Counted from the stretch's first letter, positions 40,508 to 51,156 are shown. The stretch is DNA of 62,457 nt from Puniceicoccaceae bacterium K14 (GCA_022538095.1 JAKYXN010000032.1:1-62457); one strand, 5' to 3'. Made by a program: numbers and translations. Notes: a model not told the origin generated them from the sequence alone.

Positions 40508-42616
40508 ATGGCAATTCAACTTCAAGAATTTGCCAAGCAAGTGCTTTACGGCACTACACTTGAGGAAAAGCTAAGCTTCCCGCGCGATGAGATTATCGAT
40601 ACAGTTCCGGGAAACGCAATAAAGACGCCGCCCTCGCTTTCTCGACCCGCTCACCTGAAATTACGCGAAGACGGCATTAAAGCAAGTCACCCAAGCGCCG
40701 CCAAGCTCATTGATGAAAAAGAACGAGGTAGGCTCCTCCACTTCTTTGGCAATCACGAACTTCTCGCAACTGAGTTGATGGCCCTCGTCCTTCTCAAATT
40801 TCCAGACGCTCCTGCTAGTTTTCGCAAAGGTGTTTTGGATACACTCAAAGAAGAGCAAATTCACACTCAAATGTATATCCACCGCATGAAGCAATGCGGT
40901 GTAGAGTTTGGCGAACTCCCTCTCACAGATTATTTCTGGAAAAGCGTCTCATCAATGGAAGATCCTTTGGATTACGTTACTCGCCTTTCCCTTACCTTCG
41001 AACAAGCCAATCTCGATTATTCTCGTGAATACAAAAAACACTTTCAAAATGTCGGCGACACCGCCACCGCAAGTATTCTCGATAAAATCTATCGCGACGA
41101 AATCGATCACGTGGGCTTCGGCCTAAAATGGTTTCGCAAGTGGAAAGCCAATAATAAGACCGATTGGGAAGCTTTTAGTGAAAGACTCATATTTCCTCTC
41201 TCTCCGGCGAGAGCGAAAGGCAATCACTTCAACTCAGAAGGGCGCCGCAAGACCGGGCTCGATGATAGTTTTATCAACAACCTCGAGCTTTTCTCAAAAT
41301 CTCGCGGACGCACACCTAATGTTTTTTGGTTCAATCCAGACTCTGAAAGATTCGCTGCGCAAAACTCAAGCGATGACTTCCAATGGGGTTCGTCGAAATT
41401 GCAAAACGATCTCGAATTCTTACCTGCATTCCTTTCCCGCAAAGACGACGTCATCATTCTACGTCAAAAACCATCCACTGCATTCCTCAAACAATTACAA
41501 GACATAGGGTTCGAGCTTCCAGAAATCCTCCTCCCTAGCACACCTACCGAAGCACCAAGCATCAATCGGAAAGTCAACGAACTCCGCCCATGGGCATGGA
41601 CCCCAGAAAGCATTTCTTTCCTCGGAGGGAACTTTCAGAGGGCCTCTCGTATCCCCAGCAAAGATACACTTTGGAACAATACAGTACAACAAATTCATTC
41701 AAAGGCATGGAGCTCGCATTTCGCCAAAATCTTAGTCGTTGAATCGGCAGATACAGATTGGTTAGCGCCCGCCAATACCTACGGCATCGAAGTGCGTTCT
41801 TTGGGAAAGATCGTCGACCTCAGAGCTTACTTCCAATCGGAAGGCTACACCAACATCGTCTGCAAAGCCCCCTTTGGTACCGCTGCAAACGGAAATCGCT
41901 GCCTCCTCGAAGGTGAATCGATTAGCCAGAGCCTCGAAGCCTGGATCACAAAAAATCTTGAAACCCAAAAATCTCTCATTGTCGAACCCTGGCTTGATCG
42001 AGTCTTCGATTTTTCGATACAATTCGAAGCCAAATCGAACGGACTAAAAACAGTCGCCTACACGCGACTCATCAACAACCACCGAGGCCAATTCCGCGGC
42101 ATCCTCGCAAATGGGTTTACCAAAGATATCGATTCGGAAATAGCCCGGTTCCTTATGAGTCCACTAAATGGCAAAGCCCGGATCTACAACTGGGTCGACA
42201 AAACCCTAAAGCCCGCTCTCAACAGCGCCCTGCAAAACATTAACTTCACAGGACCACTTGGCATCGATGCCTTTGTTTACCGCGACTCCAAAGGTCGGTT
42301 GAAACTAAAACCACTCGTCGAACTCAACCCCCGATATACGATGGGCCGTCTGGCTCACGAACTTGCAGAAAAGACGGCACCCGGAGCCCTCGGCTTTTTC
42401 GAAATCATAAATCGCACACAATTGAAGAAATCCAACTCCAGTAACTTCGTCGACTTCGCCCAAAAAATTAAGGAAGAAAATCCGATCCTCCTCAAAGAGA
42501 ACCCCACTGCACGAATCGCCCGAGGATCGTTCCCACTAAACGACCCTACCTCCGCAAAAAGCTTTCTAGCATTTTACCATGTCGGCAAAATGAGTGCTCA
42601 CTCCGCCCTCAGATAA
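40508..42616 (+). CDS. Fusion protein: N-terminal ferritin-like DUF455 domain + C-terminal ATP-grasp-like domain
   Basis: N-terminal ~270 aa reads ...LLHFFGNHELLATELMALVLLKFPDAP...EEQIHTQMYIHRM...DEIDHVGFGLKWF (ferritin-like diiron pattern of DUF455). C-terminal ~400 aa reads ...SLIVEPWLDRVFDFSIQF...LGIDAFVYRDSKGRLKLKPLVELNPRYTMG (ATP-grasp-like). By-eye assignment. Confidence 0.45.
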   Translation: MAIQLQEFAKQVLYGTTLEEKLSFPRDEIIDTVPGNAIKTPPSLSRPAHLKLREDGIKASHPSAAKLIDEKERGRLLHFFGNHELLATELMALVLLKFPDAPASFRKGVLDTLKEEQIHTQMYIHRMKQCGVEFGELPLTDYFWKSVSSMEDPLDYVTRLSLTFEQANLDYSREYKKHFQNVGDTATASILDKIYRDEIDHVGFGLKWFRKWKANNKTDWEAFSERLIFPLSPARAKGNHFNSEGRRKTGLDDSFINNLELFSKSRGRTPNVFWFNPDSERFAAQNSSDDFQWGSSKLQNDLEFLPAFLSRKDDVIILRQKPSTAFLKQLQDIGFELPEILLPSTPTEAPSINRKVNELRPWAWTPESISFLGGNFQRASRIPSKDTLWNNTVQQIHSKAWSSHFAKILVVESADTDWLAPANTYGIEVRSLGKIVDLRAYFQSEGYTNIVCKAPFGTAANGNRCLLEGESISQSLEAWITKNLETQKSLIVEPWLDRVFDFSIQFEAKSNGLKTVAYTRLINNHRGQFRGILANGFTKDIDSEIARFLMSPLNGKARIYNWVDKTLKPALNSALQNINFTGPLGIDAFVYRDSKGRLKLKPLVELNPRYTMGRLAHELAEKTAPGALGFFEIINRTQLKKSNSSNFVDFAQKIKEENPILLKENPTARIARGSFPLNDPTSAKSFLAFYHVGKMSAHSALR

Positions 42617-42848
42617 GCCTTCCCTCCGCCGATCACCCTACGCTGACAGCCACGCTAACAATGATTACGCAAAAGCACAGCGGCCGATTCGCATAATGAA
42701 TCGTCAGATTCTTGCCTGACCCTATTTATGCAAAAAAATCATTTTTTAACAAAAATAGGTATTCACTTTTTTCGTTTCTAATTGCAGTCTAGTTCTCCTT
42801 TTTGTCATATACGCCCTTCCTAATAATTATAAATGAAGGATTGAGATT

Positions 42849-43337
42849 ATGGTTTATGTAGTAATGGGCGTATGCGGTTGCGGAAAATCGACCATAGGAA
42901 AAATTTTGGCGGAGCGCATCGGGAATCCTTTCTTTGACGGCGATGATTTTCACACAGCGGAGAATATCGAAAAGATGTCGCGTGGACATTCGCTGACAGA
43001 CGAAGACCGCAAACCTTGGCTTCAAACAATTGCAAAAAATATTCCAATTTGGAATAAAAAAGGGGGTGCGGTACTTGCCTGCTCGGCTTTGAAAGGGATA
43101 TATCGGGATTGGCTTCTAGAGAACAATGATGGCGGCGTAAATTTCATCTATCTCAATGGCACCCGCGAATTGCTGATGAAACGACTTTCCCAACGAAAAG
43201 GTCATTTCATGAACCCAACGCTCCTTGATAGTCAGCTTAAGACTCAAGAAATTCCAGAAGATGCCATTAACGTTTCCATAGATATGGATCCAAATTCAAT
43301 TGCCCAATCTATCTTGGATGAAATCAAGGTCTGCTAA
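42849..43337 (+). CDS. gntK: Gluconokinase (GntK/IdnK family, P-loop kinase)
   Basis: VVMGVCGCGKSTIGKILAERIG.PFFDGDDFHTAENIEKMSRGHSLTDEDRKPWLQ matches the gluconokinase consensus. 162 aa. Confidence 0.85.
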   Translation: MVYVVMGVCGCGKSTIGKILAERIGNPFFDGDDFHTAENIEKMSRGHSLTDEDRKPWLQTIAKNIPIWNKKGGAVLACSALKGIYRDWLLENNDGGVNFIYLNGTRELLMKRLSQRKGHFMNPTLLDSQLKTQEIPEDAINVSIDMDPNSIAQSILDEIKVC

Positions 43338-43574
43338 GGATGTTCATTTTCGCCCAAAACCTGCTTTTTTTCGGGAGTGCTCAGATTCCCCCCACAACCA
43401 ATGGGTAATCTCCGAACGATTGCAGCACTCTCACATGTGTAGCTCAGCCTAAGGCTAACAAATTACTACCCAATCAGAATTCCCGATACCCGCCTCATCC
43501 TTTAAATTAACAAAGGCTTTATAAATTTCCGTTGTACACGGGTAGATAAACAACCGTTCGAAAAGGTACAATCG

Positions 43575-45782
43575 ATGGCGTGCCTTCATCAATTGAACTC
43601 ACGCCAAGAGATTATGAGCGAAAACGCCTCCAACACCCTTTTCAGAAATCAACTTACATTATTCAGCTTCGCTTTCCTAGCTCTGGGCAGTGCAAACGCA
43701 GATGTTGATATCGATGGTAATAACCTGCGCGACGTATGGGAAATCTATTACGGGGCATCAGAATTGGAAGCACTTGGCGACGAAGACAACGACGGCATTA
43801 GCAATCAACGCGAGAGCCAAACAGGAACCGACCCCTTCGACAGCAACTCATATTTCAAACTTTCTCCACTTTCCTATAGCTCCGACGGGTCTTTCACCCT
43901 CAGGTGGTTTGGCGCTGATTATCAACATTACCTTCTCCAAACCCTTCAGGGTTCAGAATCCTGGTCTTCCTCTGAGTTTATAGGAGCAAATTCAACTTTC
44001 GAAACGCAAATAGAACCGAACGTCGGACCAAGCCTTGCCCGGGTCGTTATCCCAGATGACAGCGACTCCGACGGACTAAGCGATTACGAAGAGAGACTTC
44101 TTGGTTTCGACCCCAACGACGCTTATTCCGCTGGCGAAGTGGGCGATATGGCACAAGCCATCGCCATGCTAACCAATGGTGATCCCTTCACGATCGGAAA
44201 CGCCTCCGTTGCTGGACAGCTCCCCAACCAAGTGCATGCCTCTCGATTTCTAGCTCAAGCCTCTCTTGGCGCCGACCTGGAAGAAATCAATCGAGTCACT
44301 GAAATCGGGATGAGCACTTGGATCGATGAGCAGTTTGACGAGGCACCAGGACTCGTCGAACCAGAGATAGATCAGCGTATCGCTGACGCGCTCAACACTT
44401 ACCAACATCACCGTAGCGCCGCTTGGTGGAGACAAGTAATGACTTCTGGCGACCTCCTACGGCAACGCATTGCCCTCGCCCTCAGCGAAATTTATGTTGT
44501 ATCAGATCAAGTGATATTCGACGAGGAAGGCATGGCGAACTATTACGATATGCTGCTGAACAATGCGTTCGGAAATTGGAGGAATCTCATCAAAGACGTA
44601 ACCCTACATCCGACCATGGGTCGCTACCTCAGTCATTTCCAAAACCGTAAGGCGGATCCCAACATAAATAGATATCCAGATGAAAACTACGCTCGAGAAA
44701 TCATGCAGCTCTTCAGCATAGGCCTGTTCGAATTAAACCAAGACGGCACTCAGATTCTAGACGACTTAGGGCAGCCAATCCCAGCCTACGACAATGGAGA
44801 TATCACGACTATGGCCAGAGTCTTCACAGGACTTTCTAGCGGTGGACCTGAAGCGGACACCGATGAGCCTTGGGGATTTTTCTTCTCTCCTAACGATTCG
44901 GACGCACCCATGAAAATATGGGAAGGCGAACACGATACTGACGAGAAATTACTTTTAAACGGCATCACACTCCCCTCATTCGAAGATGACCCAGAGCGCA
45001 CAGCAATAGACGACATCGATGACACACTCGATATGTTGTTCAACCACCCAAACACCCCTCCGTTCGTATCACGACTTCTGATCCAACGCCTCGTCACTTC
45101 AAATCCTTCTCCCGAATACATTGGACGCGTATCCGCTGCTTTTATAAACAATGGCAACGGAACCCGTGGTGACATGAAAGCAGTCATCAAAGCGATCTTG
45201 CTCGATAACGAAGCGCGAAGCGACGCTGTATTAGCAGACTCACGAGCAGGCCGCCTTCGCGAACCATACTTGCGATGGATTCGCTTAGTTAAAACCTTCA
45301 ATGCGTCTTCCGAGGATGGAACTTACAATATTGCAGATTGGAACACAGACCAATCAATGGGCCAAAAATGGATGAGATCCCCAAGCGTATTCAATTTTTT
45401 CAAACCAGATCACGCACCCAGTGGTTCCATTTCTAACGCAGGAATGGTGGCCCCCGAGTTCGAAATCCTTACCGCGACTACATCCATGGCGACGCAAAAC
45501 CACTTTAATGGGGCGATTTCCTGGGGATTCGGCGGATTCGAAGACAATGCCAGCGATGGGCTTCATTTGAATACCGACGATCTCCTCGATCTTCTTGACG
45601 AACCCGAGGAGCTCGTCAATCGGCTCGACCTTCTACTCGCCTGTGGACAGCTCAGCCAAGAATCCAAAGATACAATTCTAGGAAGCATAGACGAAATGCC
45701 AAATTGGTTCTCCGATGAAAATCGAGTCAGTGCCGTCATGCGTCTCGTTATGTTTTCTCCTGATTTCTCAATTTATCAATAG
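43575..45782 (+). CDS. DUF1800 domain protein with N-terminal thrombospondin-type-3-like Ca-binding repeats
   Basis: Signal peptide after the alternative start at 43614. DxDxDGxxD-type repeats (DEDNDGISNQRE, DDSDSDGLSDYEE). Long DUF1800-like body. Immediately followed by its usual DUF1501 partner. Confidence 0.7.
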   Translation: MACLHQLNSRQEIMSENASNTLFRNQLTLFSFAFLALGSANADVDIDGNNLRDVWEIYYGASELEALGDEDNDGISNQRESQTGTDPFDSNSYFKLSPLSYSSDGSFTLRWFGADYQHYLLQTLQGSESWSSSEFIGANSTFETQIEPNVGPSLARVVIPDDSDSDGLSDYEERLLGFDPNDAYSAGEVGDMAQAIAMLTNGDPFTIGNASVAGQLPNQVHASRFLAQASLGADLEEINRVTEIGMSTWIDEQFDEAPGLVEPEIDQRIADALNTYQHHRSAAWWRQVMTSGDLLRQRIALALSEIYVVSDQVIFDEEGMANYYDMLLNNAFGNWRNLIKDVTLHPTMGRYLSHFQNRKADPNINRYPDENYAREIMQLFSIGLFELNQDGTQILDDLGQPIPAYDNGDITTMARVFTGLSSGGPEADTDEPWGFFFSPNDSDAPMKIWEGEHDTDEKLLLNGITLPSFEDDPERTAIDDIDDTLDMLFNHPNTPPFVSRLLIQRLVTSNPSPEYIGRVSAAFINNGNGTRGDMKAVIKAILLDNEARSDAVLADSRAGRLREPYLRWIRLVKTFNASSEDGTYNIADWNTDQSMGQKWMRSPSVFNFFKPDHAPSGSISNAGMVAPEFEILTATTSMATQNHFNGAISWGFGGFEDNASDGLHLNTDDLLDLLDEPEELVNRLDLLLACGQLSQESKDTILGSIDEMPNWFSDENRVSAVMRLVMFSPDFSIYQ

Positions 45783-45796
45783 ACCCACAAGCAGCT

Positions 45797-47197
45797 ATGA
45801 AACGACATACACCAAAACAATATTCTAGACGCCAATTCATCGGGCAAATGAGCTGCGCAGCAGTCGGTTCGACTGCACTCTACTCAACACTTTTAAACCT
45901 AGCCTTAACCAGTCGCGCATCCGCTCAAACACTACCAAGTGGCAATGATTATAAAGCGCTCGTTTGCCTTTTCTTAGCAGGGGGCAACGATTCCTACAAC
46001 ATGCTCGTCCCGCGAGAAAACAACGAATTTGCCTCCTACCAAACAACAAGAGCGGATCTCGCCCTCGACGCTGAAGACCTTCTCGATATAAATGATCCAC
46101 GTAGCGGACGTAACTTCGGTATCCATAGTAGCCTCCCTCGTGTCCGCGACCTTTACAATTCCGGAGATCTCGCCTTCGTCGCCAATGTCGGGACACTCGT
46201 ACAACCCACGACTCTCGACGACGTCAGAAACGAACGAGCCCCGCTTCCCCTCGGACTCTACTCTCACTCCGATCAACAAATGCATTGGCATTCCTCAACC
46301 CCTGACCAGAGAAGTTCGGTTGGTTGGCTCGGAAAAGCCGCAGACATTCTCCACTCCACTAATGAGAACGATCGTATTTCGATGAACATTTCACTTTCGG
46401 GATCAAATATCCTGCAAAGCGGGAACAATATCATTCCCTATTCATTGACTACTCGCGGCGCCATCACTCTCGACAACTACGATCAAGAATGGGCTCAGTT
46501 CTTTAGAGGTGCGGTCGACAGTTTACTAGACCAAGAATACCAAAGCTTACTCAAACAGAATTATGCCAAAGTTAATTCTGATGCGATCGACGCAGGCGCA
46601 GAGTTTAATTCCGCAATTGACGGTATCACACCTTTCACTACAGAATTCCCCGACACAAACCTGGGACAACGCTTGCGAATGATCGCTTCAAGTATCGCAG
46701 CACGCGGTCCCTTAGCTATGCGTAGGCAAAATTTCTTCGTTGAAAGCGATGGTTGGGATCATCACGACGAAGTCCTCAATAGCCAACAAGGTATGCTTGC
46801 CGAAGTCGACGAAGCAGTATCTGCTTTCTGGAGTGCAATCGAGGAGCTTGGACTGCAAAACGATGTCACACTATTCACTGCTTCCGACTTTGCTCGAACT
46901 CTCACCAGTAATGGACAAGGGTCCGACCACGCGTGGGGCGGTCATCAATTTGTGCTGGGCGGAGGCCTCTCCGGTGGAAGGATATACGGAGAATACCCCG
47001 AAGACCTATCACTCGACAATAATTTGGACGTGGGCCGAGGGCGTATTCTCCCCACAACATCAGTCGACGAATATTTTGGTGAACTTGCCCGCTGGATAGG
47101 TGTCAGCGACACTGACCTACCAGATGTCCTTCCAAACCTAGATCGTTTCTACACGATCGGTTCGGAAACTGGACCACTCGGCATGTTTGCGCAATAG
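45797..47197 (+). CDS. DUF1501 domain protein (sulfatase-like fold) with twin-arginine signal
   Basis: Tat motif SRRQFIGQMSCAAVGSTAL. ...GGNDSYNMLVP... and ...ESDGWDHH... are typical of DUF1501. Confidence 0.8.
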   Translation: MKRHTPKQYSRRQFIGQMSCAAVGSTALYSTLLNLALTSRASAQTLPSGNDYKALVCLFLAGGNDSYNMLVPRENNEFASYQTTRADLALDAEDLLDINDPRSGRNFGIHSSLPRVRDLYNSGDLAFVANVGTLVQPTTLDDVRNERAPLPLGLYSHSDQQMHWHSSTPDQRSSVGWLGKAADILHSTNENDRISMNISLSGSNILQSGNNIIPYSLTTRGAITLDNYDQEWAQFFRGAVDSLLDQEYQSLLKQNYAKVNSDAIDAGAEFNSAIDGITPFTTEFPDTNLGQRLRMIASSIAARGPLAMRRQNFFVESDGWDHHDEVLNSQQGMLAEVDEAVSAFWSAIEELGLQNDVTLFTASDFARTLTSNGQGSDHAWGGHQFVLGGGLSGGRIYGEYPEDLSLDNNLDVGRGRILPTTSVDEYFGELARWIGVSDTDLPDVLPNLDRFYTIGSETGPLGMFAQ

Positions 47198-47792
47198 CCA
47201 ATCAACAGTGAAAATAACCCGATTAGAAGTAACATCCTTCCTAGCTGGACTGGCTATCGTTCTTGGCATCCTGTTTAGCGTCCTAGAAGAAGAAACCAAT
47301 GCGCCAGTCGATGATTCAACAGAGAAAGTTAAAGAGACACCCGGCAGCGTCCCATTGGAACGAAAAAGCGATACGGACAATGTAATCACAAAAAAACCCT
47401 TTCCCAAAACCTCACACATTCCTCCCTATCCAACTCTCAATCGCTACGGTACGGACGAAAGCTCCATCCAAGAGGATTTAAAACTTACTCAACAGTGCTT
47501 CCTCAATTTTTGGAGCCTTCTAAAAGATCCAGATCTGATAAATCTAGCATCCAATAAAAGTATCCTAAAATCGCTTACAGGCTACAACCCAGAAGGCATT
47601 CAGTTCATTCCTAAAAACCACCCCTTTCTCAATGAAAGAGGAGAGCTTTTAGATCGTTGGCAAATTCCACTTATATTTCATGCCATCGCAGTCAATCATA
47701 TCGAAATCCGCTCCGCTGGACCGGACAAGATCCCCTACACCGAAGACGATTCACTAGAAGTCGCAAAGTACGGATTGTACAAAAACCCGTAG
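47187..47792 (+). CDS. Pseudopilin-like protein (T2SS GspG-like C-terminal domain, degenerate prepilin N-terminus)
   Basis: ...KITRLEVTSFLAGLAIVLGILFSVL is prepilin-like, with the Glu at +5 but no Gly cleavage site. The C-terminus ...GELLDRWQIPLIFHAIAVNHIEIRSAGPDKIPYTEDD resembles the GspG C-terminal domain. TTG start (GTG at 47208 as alternative). Overlaps the DUF1501 3' end. Confidence 0.35.
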   Translation: MRNSQSTVKITRLEVTSFLAGLAIVLGILFSVLEEETNAPVDDSTEKVKETPGSVPLERKSDTDNVITKKPFPKTSHIPPYPTLNRYGTDESSIQEDLKLTQQCFLNFWSLLKDPDLINLASNKSILKSLTGYNPEGIQFIPKNHPFLNERGELLDRWQIPLIFHAIAVNHIEIRSAGPDKIPYTEDDSLEVAKYGLYKNP

Positions 47793-47913
47793 GGCCTCAG
47801 CTCGCTGAGTGCCGTAGTCGCGAATGGCATTCAGCAAGCTGAAGCTCCACAAAAAGGCGTCGCCCTAATTTAGAAACCACGCCTTCGAAGAATTTCAATA
47901 CGACTCGTAAATA

Positions 47914-49668
47914 CTACGCTCCCTTCGGACGAGTAGACTTATAAAGAAGTCCGCCTAGCGTTATTAACGCCAACCCTGACAATAAGAAAGCTGTACGGCC
48001 TGCCATATCATTCGGCACTAAACAAAGTAGTAACACAAACGTTCCATAAGCGCCTGCGAGCCCTCCCAAAATCGAGCCTTGAGCAGCATCAGACTCAGCC
48101 TCTTCTGCTGTATCTTCTGACAAAACTGGGGTATCCAAATTATCCCAATATTCGTCGAGAACCTCCTTACGTTTTTCACTGGGCTCCTTATAGAAGAATG
48201 TCGTACATAAGTAGAAAATTGTTGGAATCGTAACGTTGACCAAAACGCCCTGTGCAACGTTAAAGTAAGCTCCTTCACGAATCGTGAAACCTAAATCAAA
48301 TGTTTCACTATACCACGCTGCATTGAAGTGGAATTTAATCATGTAAGAACAACATAAACCAAGCAAAGCAGTACTCCAAGCTGACCAGTCTGGTGTCTTC
48401 TTAATTATGATACCCAAAATAAGAGGAACTGCCATCGGCAAACTAATCAATGCTCCCACTGTGAGCATGAGATCGAACAAGCCAAAATTCTTTAATGAGT
48501 TATAGAAGATTGCCGCCCCCACAGTGATACAACCAAGCAAAACGGTTAAGACCTTTGCCACAATCATTTGGCTCCGCTCCGTCGCATTCTTGTTAACGAC
48601 CGCAAGATAGAAATTCTTCACCAAGATTCCTGCATTACGGTTCAAGCCACTATCCATAGAAGAAATCGTTGCGGCAAACATACCAGCGACCAAAAGCCCA
48701 ATCATCCCCATTGGTAGGGTATCCAAAGCGATGGCAACATACGCCGCTTCCGTCGCCTTTTCACCTAGCTGGGGAAACACTTCTGTAAGATCTGGATACT
48801 TAACCCGCGAGACCATTGGTGGAATAAACCATAAAACCGGCCCTACGATAAAGAGTGTCATTGATAGCAACGCAGCCTTACGAGCATTCTTAGAGTCTTT
48901 CGCGTTTAAGTAGCGCGATGCCTCAATCATCTGATTCGTCTTACAGAATTGATTGACAAACATAAGCGCCATCCAAGCCACAATTAGTCCCGCGTAGTTA
49001 TAATCATTACCCAAAATGATGTGCTTGGCTGGGAATTCCGCCACCAAATTTGCGGGACCACCTACATCCATCAATGAGAATATCGCAGTCACAATTGCTA
49101 TTAACATTAAAATGACTGTCTGCATGAAATCACTCGCAACCACCGCCCAAGAGCCGCCCAACAGTGAGTTCAGCGTAACAATAAACCCGACAACCACAAT
49201 CGTTGGTTCAAGCGGGAAACCAAAAACAGACGAGATAAAAATCGCCAAACCAAACAACCAAATACCCGCTTGCAGTGTCCCCACTGGAATTTGCAGCCAT
49301 GTGAAAAATTGCTCAGACGTCGAACCGTAGCGTTGACGAACCGCTTGGATCGGCGTGACCACTCGCATCTGGCGGAACTTTGGAGCGAAGTAAAATGCGT
49401 TACCGGCAAACCCTAACGCGTTGGCCAAAAATATCGTGAGGATGATAAAACCATTTTTGTAGGCTTCACTTGCCGCTCCAGTAAAACTCCAGGCACTAAA
49501 CTGAGTCATGAATGCAGAAGCCCCGGCCATCCACCAAAGCATTTTACCGCCGCCACGGAAATAGTCGCTGGTATTGGTAATCATCCGCTTAGTGATGAAG
49601 CCAATAGATAGCATAAACATAAAATAGACAGCGATGACTATGTAGTCGTAGATCGAAAGTTCGGGCAT
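47914..49668 (-). CDS. Sodium:solute symporter (SSS family)
   Basis: ~13 TM segments. The N-terminus ...YIVIAVYFMFMLSIGF......DYF.GG........ is the SSS pattern. 584 aa. Confidence 0.85.
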   Translation of the reverse strand: MPELSIYDYIVIAVYFMFMLSIGFITKRMITNTSDYFRGGGKMLWWMAGASAFMTQFSAWSFTGAASEAYKNGFIILTIFLANALGFAGNAFYFAPKFRQMRVVTPIQAVRQRYGSTSEQFFTWLQIPVGTLQAGIWLFGLAIFISSVFGFPLEPTIVVVGFIVTLNSLLGGSWAVVASDFMQTVILMLIAIVTAIFSLMDVGGPANLVAEFPAKHIILGNDYNYAGLIVAWMALMFVNQFCKTNQMIEASRYLNAKDSKNARKAALLSMTLFIVGPVLWFIPPMVSRVKYPDLTEVFPQLGEKATEAAYVAIALDTLPMGMIGLLVAGMFAATISSMDSGLNRNAGILVKNFYLAVVNKNATERSQMIVAKVLTVLLGCITVGAAIFYNSLKNFGLFDLMLTVGALISLPMAVPLILGIIIKKTPDWSAWSTALLGLCCSYMIKFHFNAAWYSETFDLGFTIREGAYFNVAQGVLVNVTIPTIFYLCTTFFYKEPSEKRKEVLDEYWDNLDTPVLSEDTAEEAESDAAQGSILGGLAGAYGTFVLLLCLVPNDMAGRTAFLLSGLALITLGGLLYKSTRPKGA

Positions 49669-49942
49669 ACTATGTCAGAATAAAAGGATTTTAGACGAAT
49701 CAGAGATAGGCATCCACAAAGGTAGAAAACGAGATACTCCCCCGATATTTATAATTATAAGGAACCAACAATTCCACATTCCCAGACAGAGTCAATTACG
49801 GACGTACTTTAGTCCGTTAGCAAATTCACATAATTACAGTGGTTTTGCGAAGATCGCTTGTGAATTTGCGGCAGATCTACCTATTTACAACGCTTGGACA
49901 CAAAAAAGCGCCTGAGTGAATAGCTCACAGAGACGCTTTGAT

Positions 49943-51156
49943 TTAGTCCTCCGCTCGCTCACCAGCAGGAGCCATCTTAACCAGACGCGGAAAGAATCGA
50001 GCCACCGAATCGACTAAGTCCTTTTGCAGCCCCATCACTTCATCGATGTCTTTATAAACAAACGGAACTTCGTCCAATCCCGCCGAAAGCAAGGTTACTC
50101 CACGCTGGTTCAAGAGCAGCTTCGCATCTTTCCACTTTAATCTTTGCACGGCCTTTTTGCGACTCATCAATCGACCAGCCCCATGAGCTGCAGAATTTAG
50201 AGAGTCAGCTTCTCCTTTGCCCCGCACCACATAAGCTGGACTTGTCATCGAACCAGGAATCACGCCAAGCACGCCGTCGCCTGCCGGAGTCGCACCCTTG
50301 CGATGAACAATCAGCTCCCGCTCGCCATGGGCTTCCTTCCAAGCAAAATTATGATGATTCTCGATATCAAGAATGACTTCCGCACCAAGATGCTCAGCAA
50401 CATAGTGGTGGATACAAGCATGGTTAGCTGCAGCGTATTCACCCATTAATTCCATCGCCGCCCAATACTCTTGTCCCTCTTGCGTCGTCATTTCAAGCCA
50501 CGCTAAATGGCGCAATTCCTTAGGAAGTTCCGGATGAGCCTGCTGAGCCAACTTCGAGTAATGCATCGCAACCGCCGCACCAGTTCCTCGACTACCGCTA
50601 TGGCTCATTAGAGCCAGGTACTTTCCTGGCTCTAAACCAAGCGAAGAATCGAAAAACTCGATCTCGCCGAATTCTACGAAATGATTCCCACTCCCGCTAG
50701 TACCCAACTGCTTCCAAGCCTTATCCTTGTTTTCTAGGGTTACGGGTGAAATGCTCCAATCGGTATCCATAACCTCATGGTCACGCTTATCACAAAAAAA
50801 GCGCCTACGCCGAACTTGGTTTCTCGGTGAATCGCTTCGGTAAATCGACCCCGCCCCTTATCCTTGTCCAACTTCTTCAAAGGCATATCGAATACGCTCA
50901 GCTTCATGCGACAGGCAATATCCACGCCCACCGCATAGGGAATAACCGCGTCTCGAGTAGCCAACACACCTCCAATCGGAAGACCATAACCCAAGTGAGC
51001 ATTCGGCATCAACGCACCCCGCTCCGTAATCGGAAGCTGACACGCATTCACCATCTGCTGCACAGACTGAGGCTCCAAGTCCTCGCCCCACTGGCGATAC
51101 GGAGCCGGTGTTTCATGGGAAATGTAGTGCGGCTTATTAAATTGGTTCTCTTTCAT
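49943..51156 (-). pseudogene. rtcB: rtcB RNA 3'-phosphate ligase interrupted by a -1 frameshift in a T7 homopolymer (pseudogene or sequencing error)
   Basis: Two overlapping ORFs. The N-terminal part (51156..50740) carries ...MPNAHLGYGLPIGGV...AVGVDIACRM...FGVGAFF. The C-terminal part (50770..49943) carries ...LGTSGSGNHFVEF...HSGSRGTG...HHNFAW...IPGSMTSP...NSAAHGAGR. Read upstream of its first Met, the C-terminal frame gives FFCDKRDHEV, continuing the RtcB alignment. The frames switch inside the plus-strand A7 run at 50794-50800. Confidence 0.8.
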
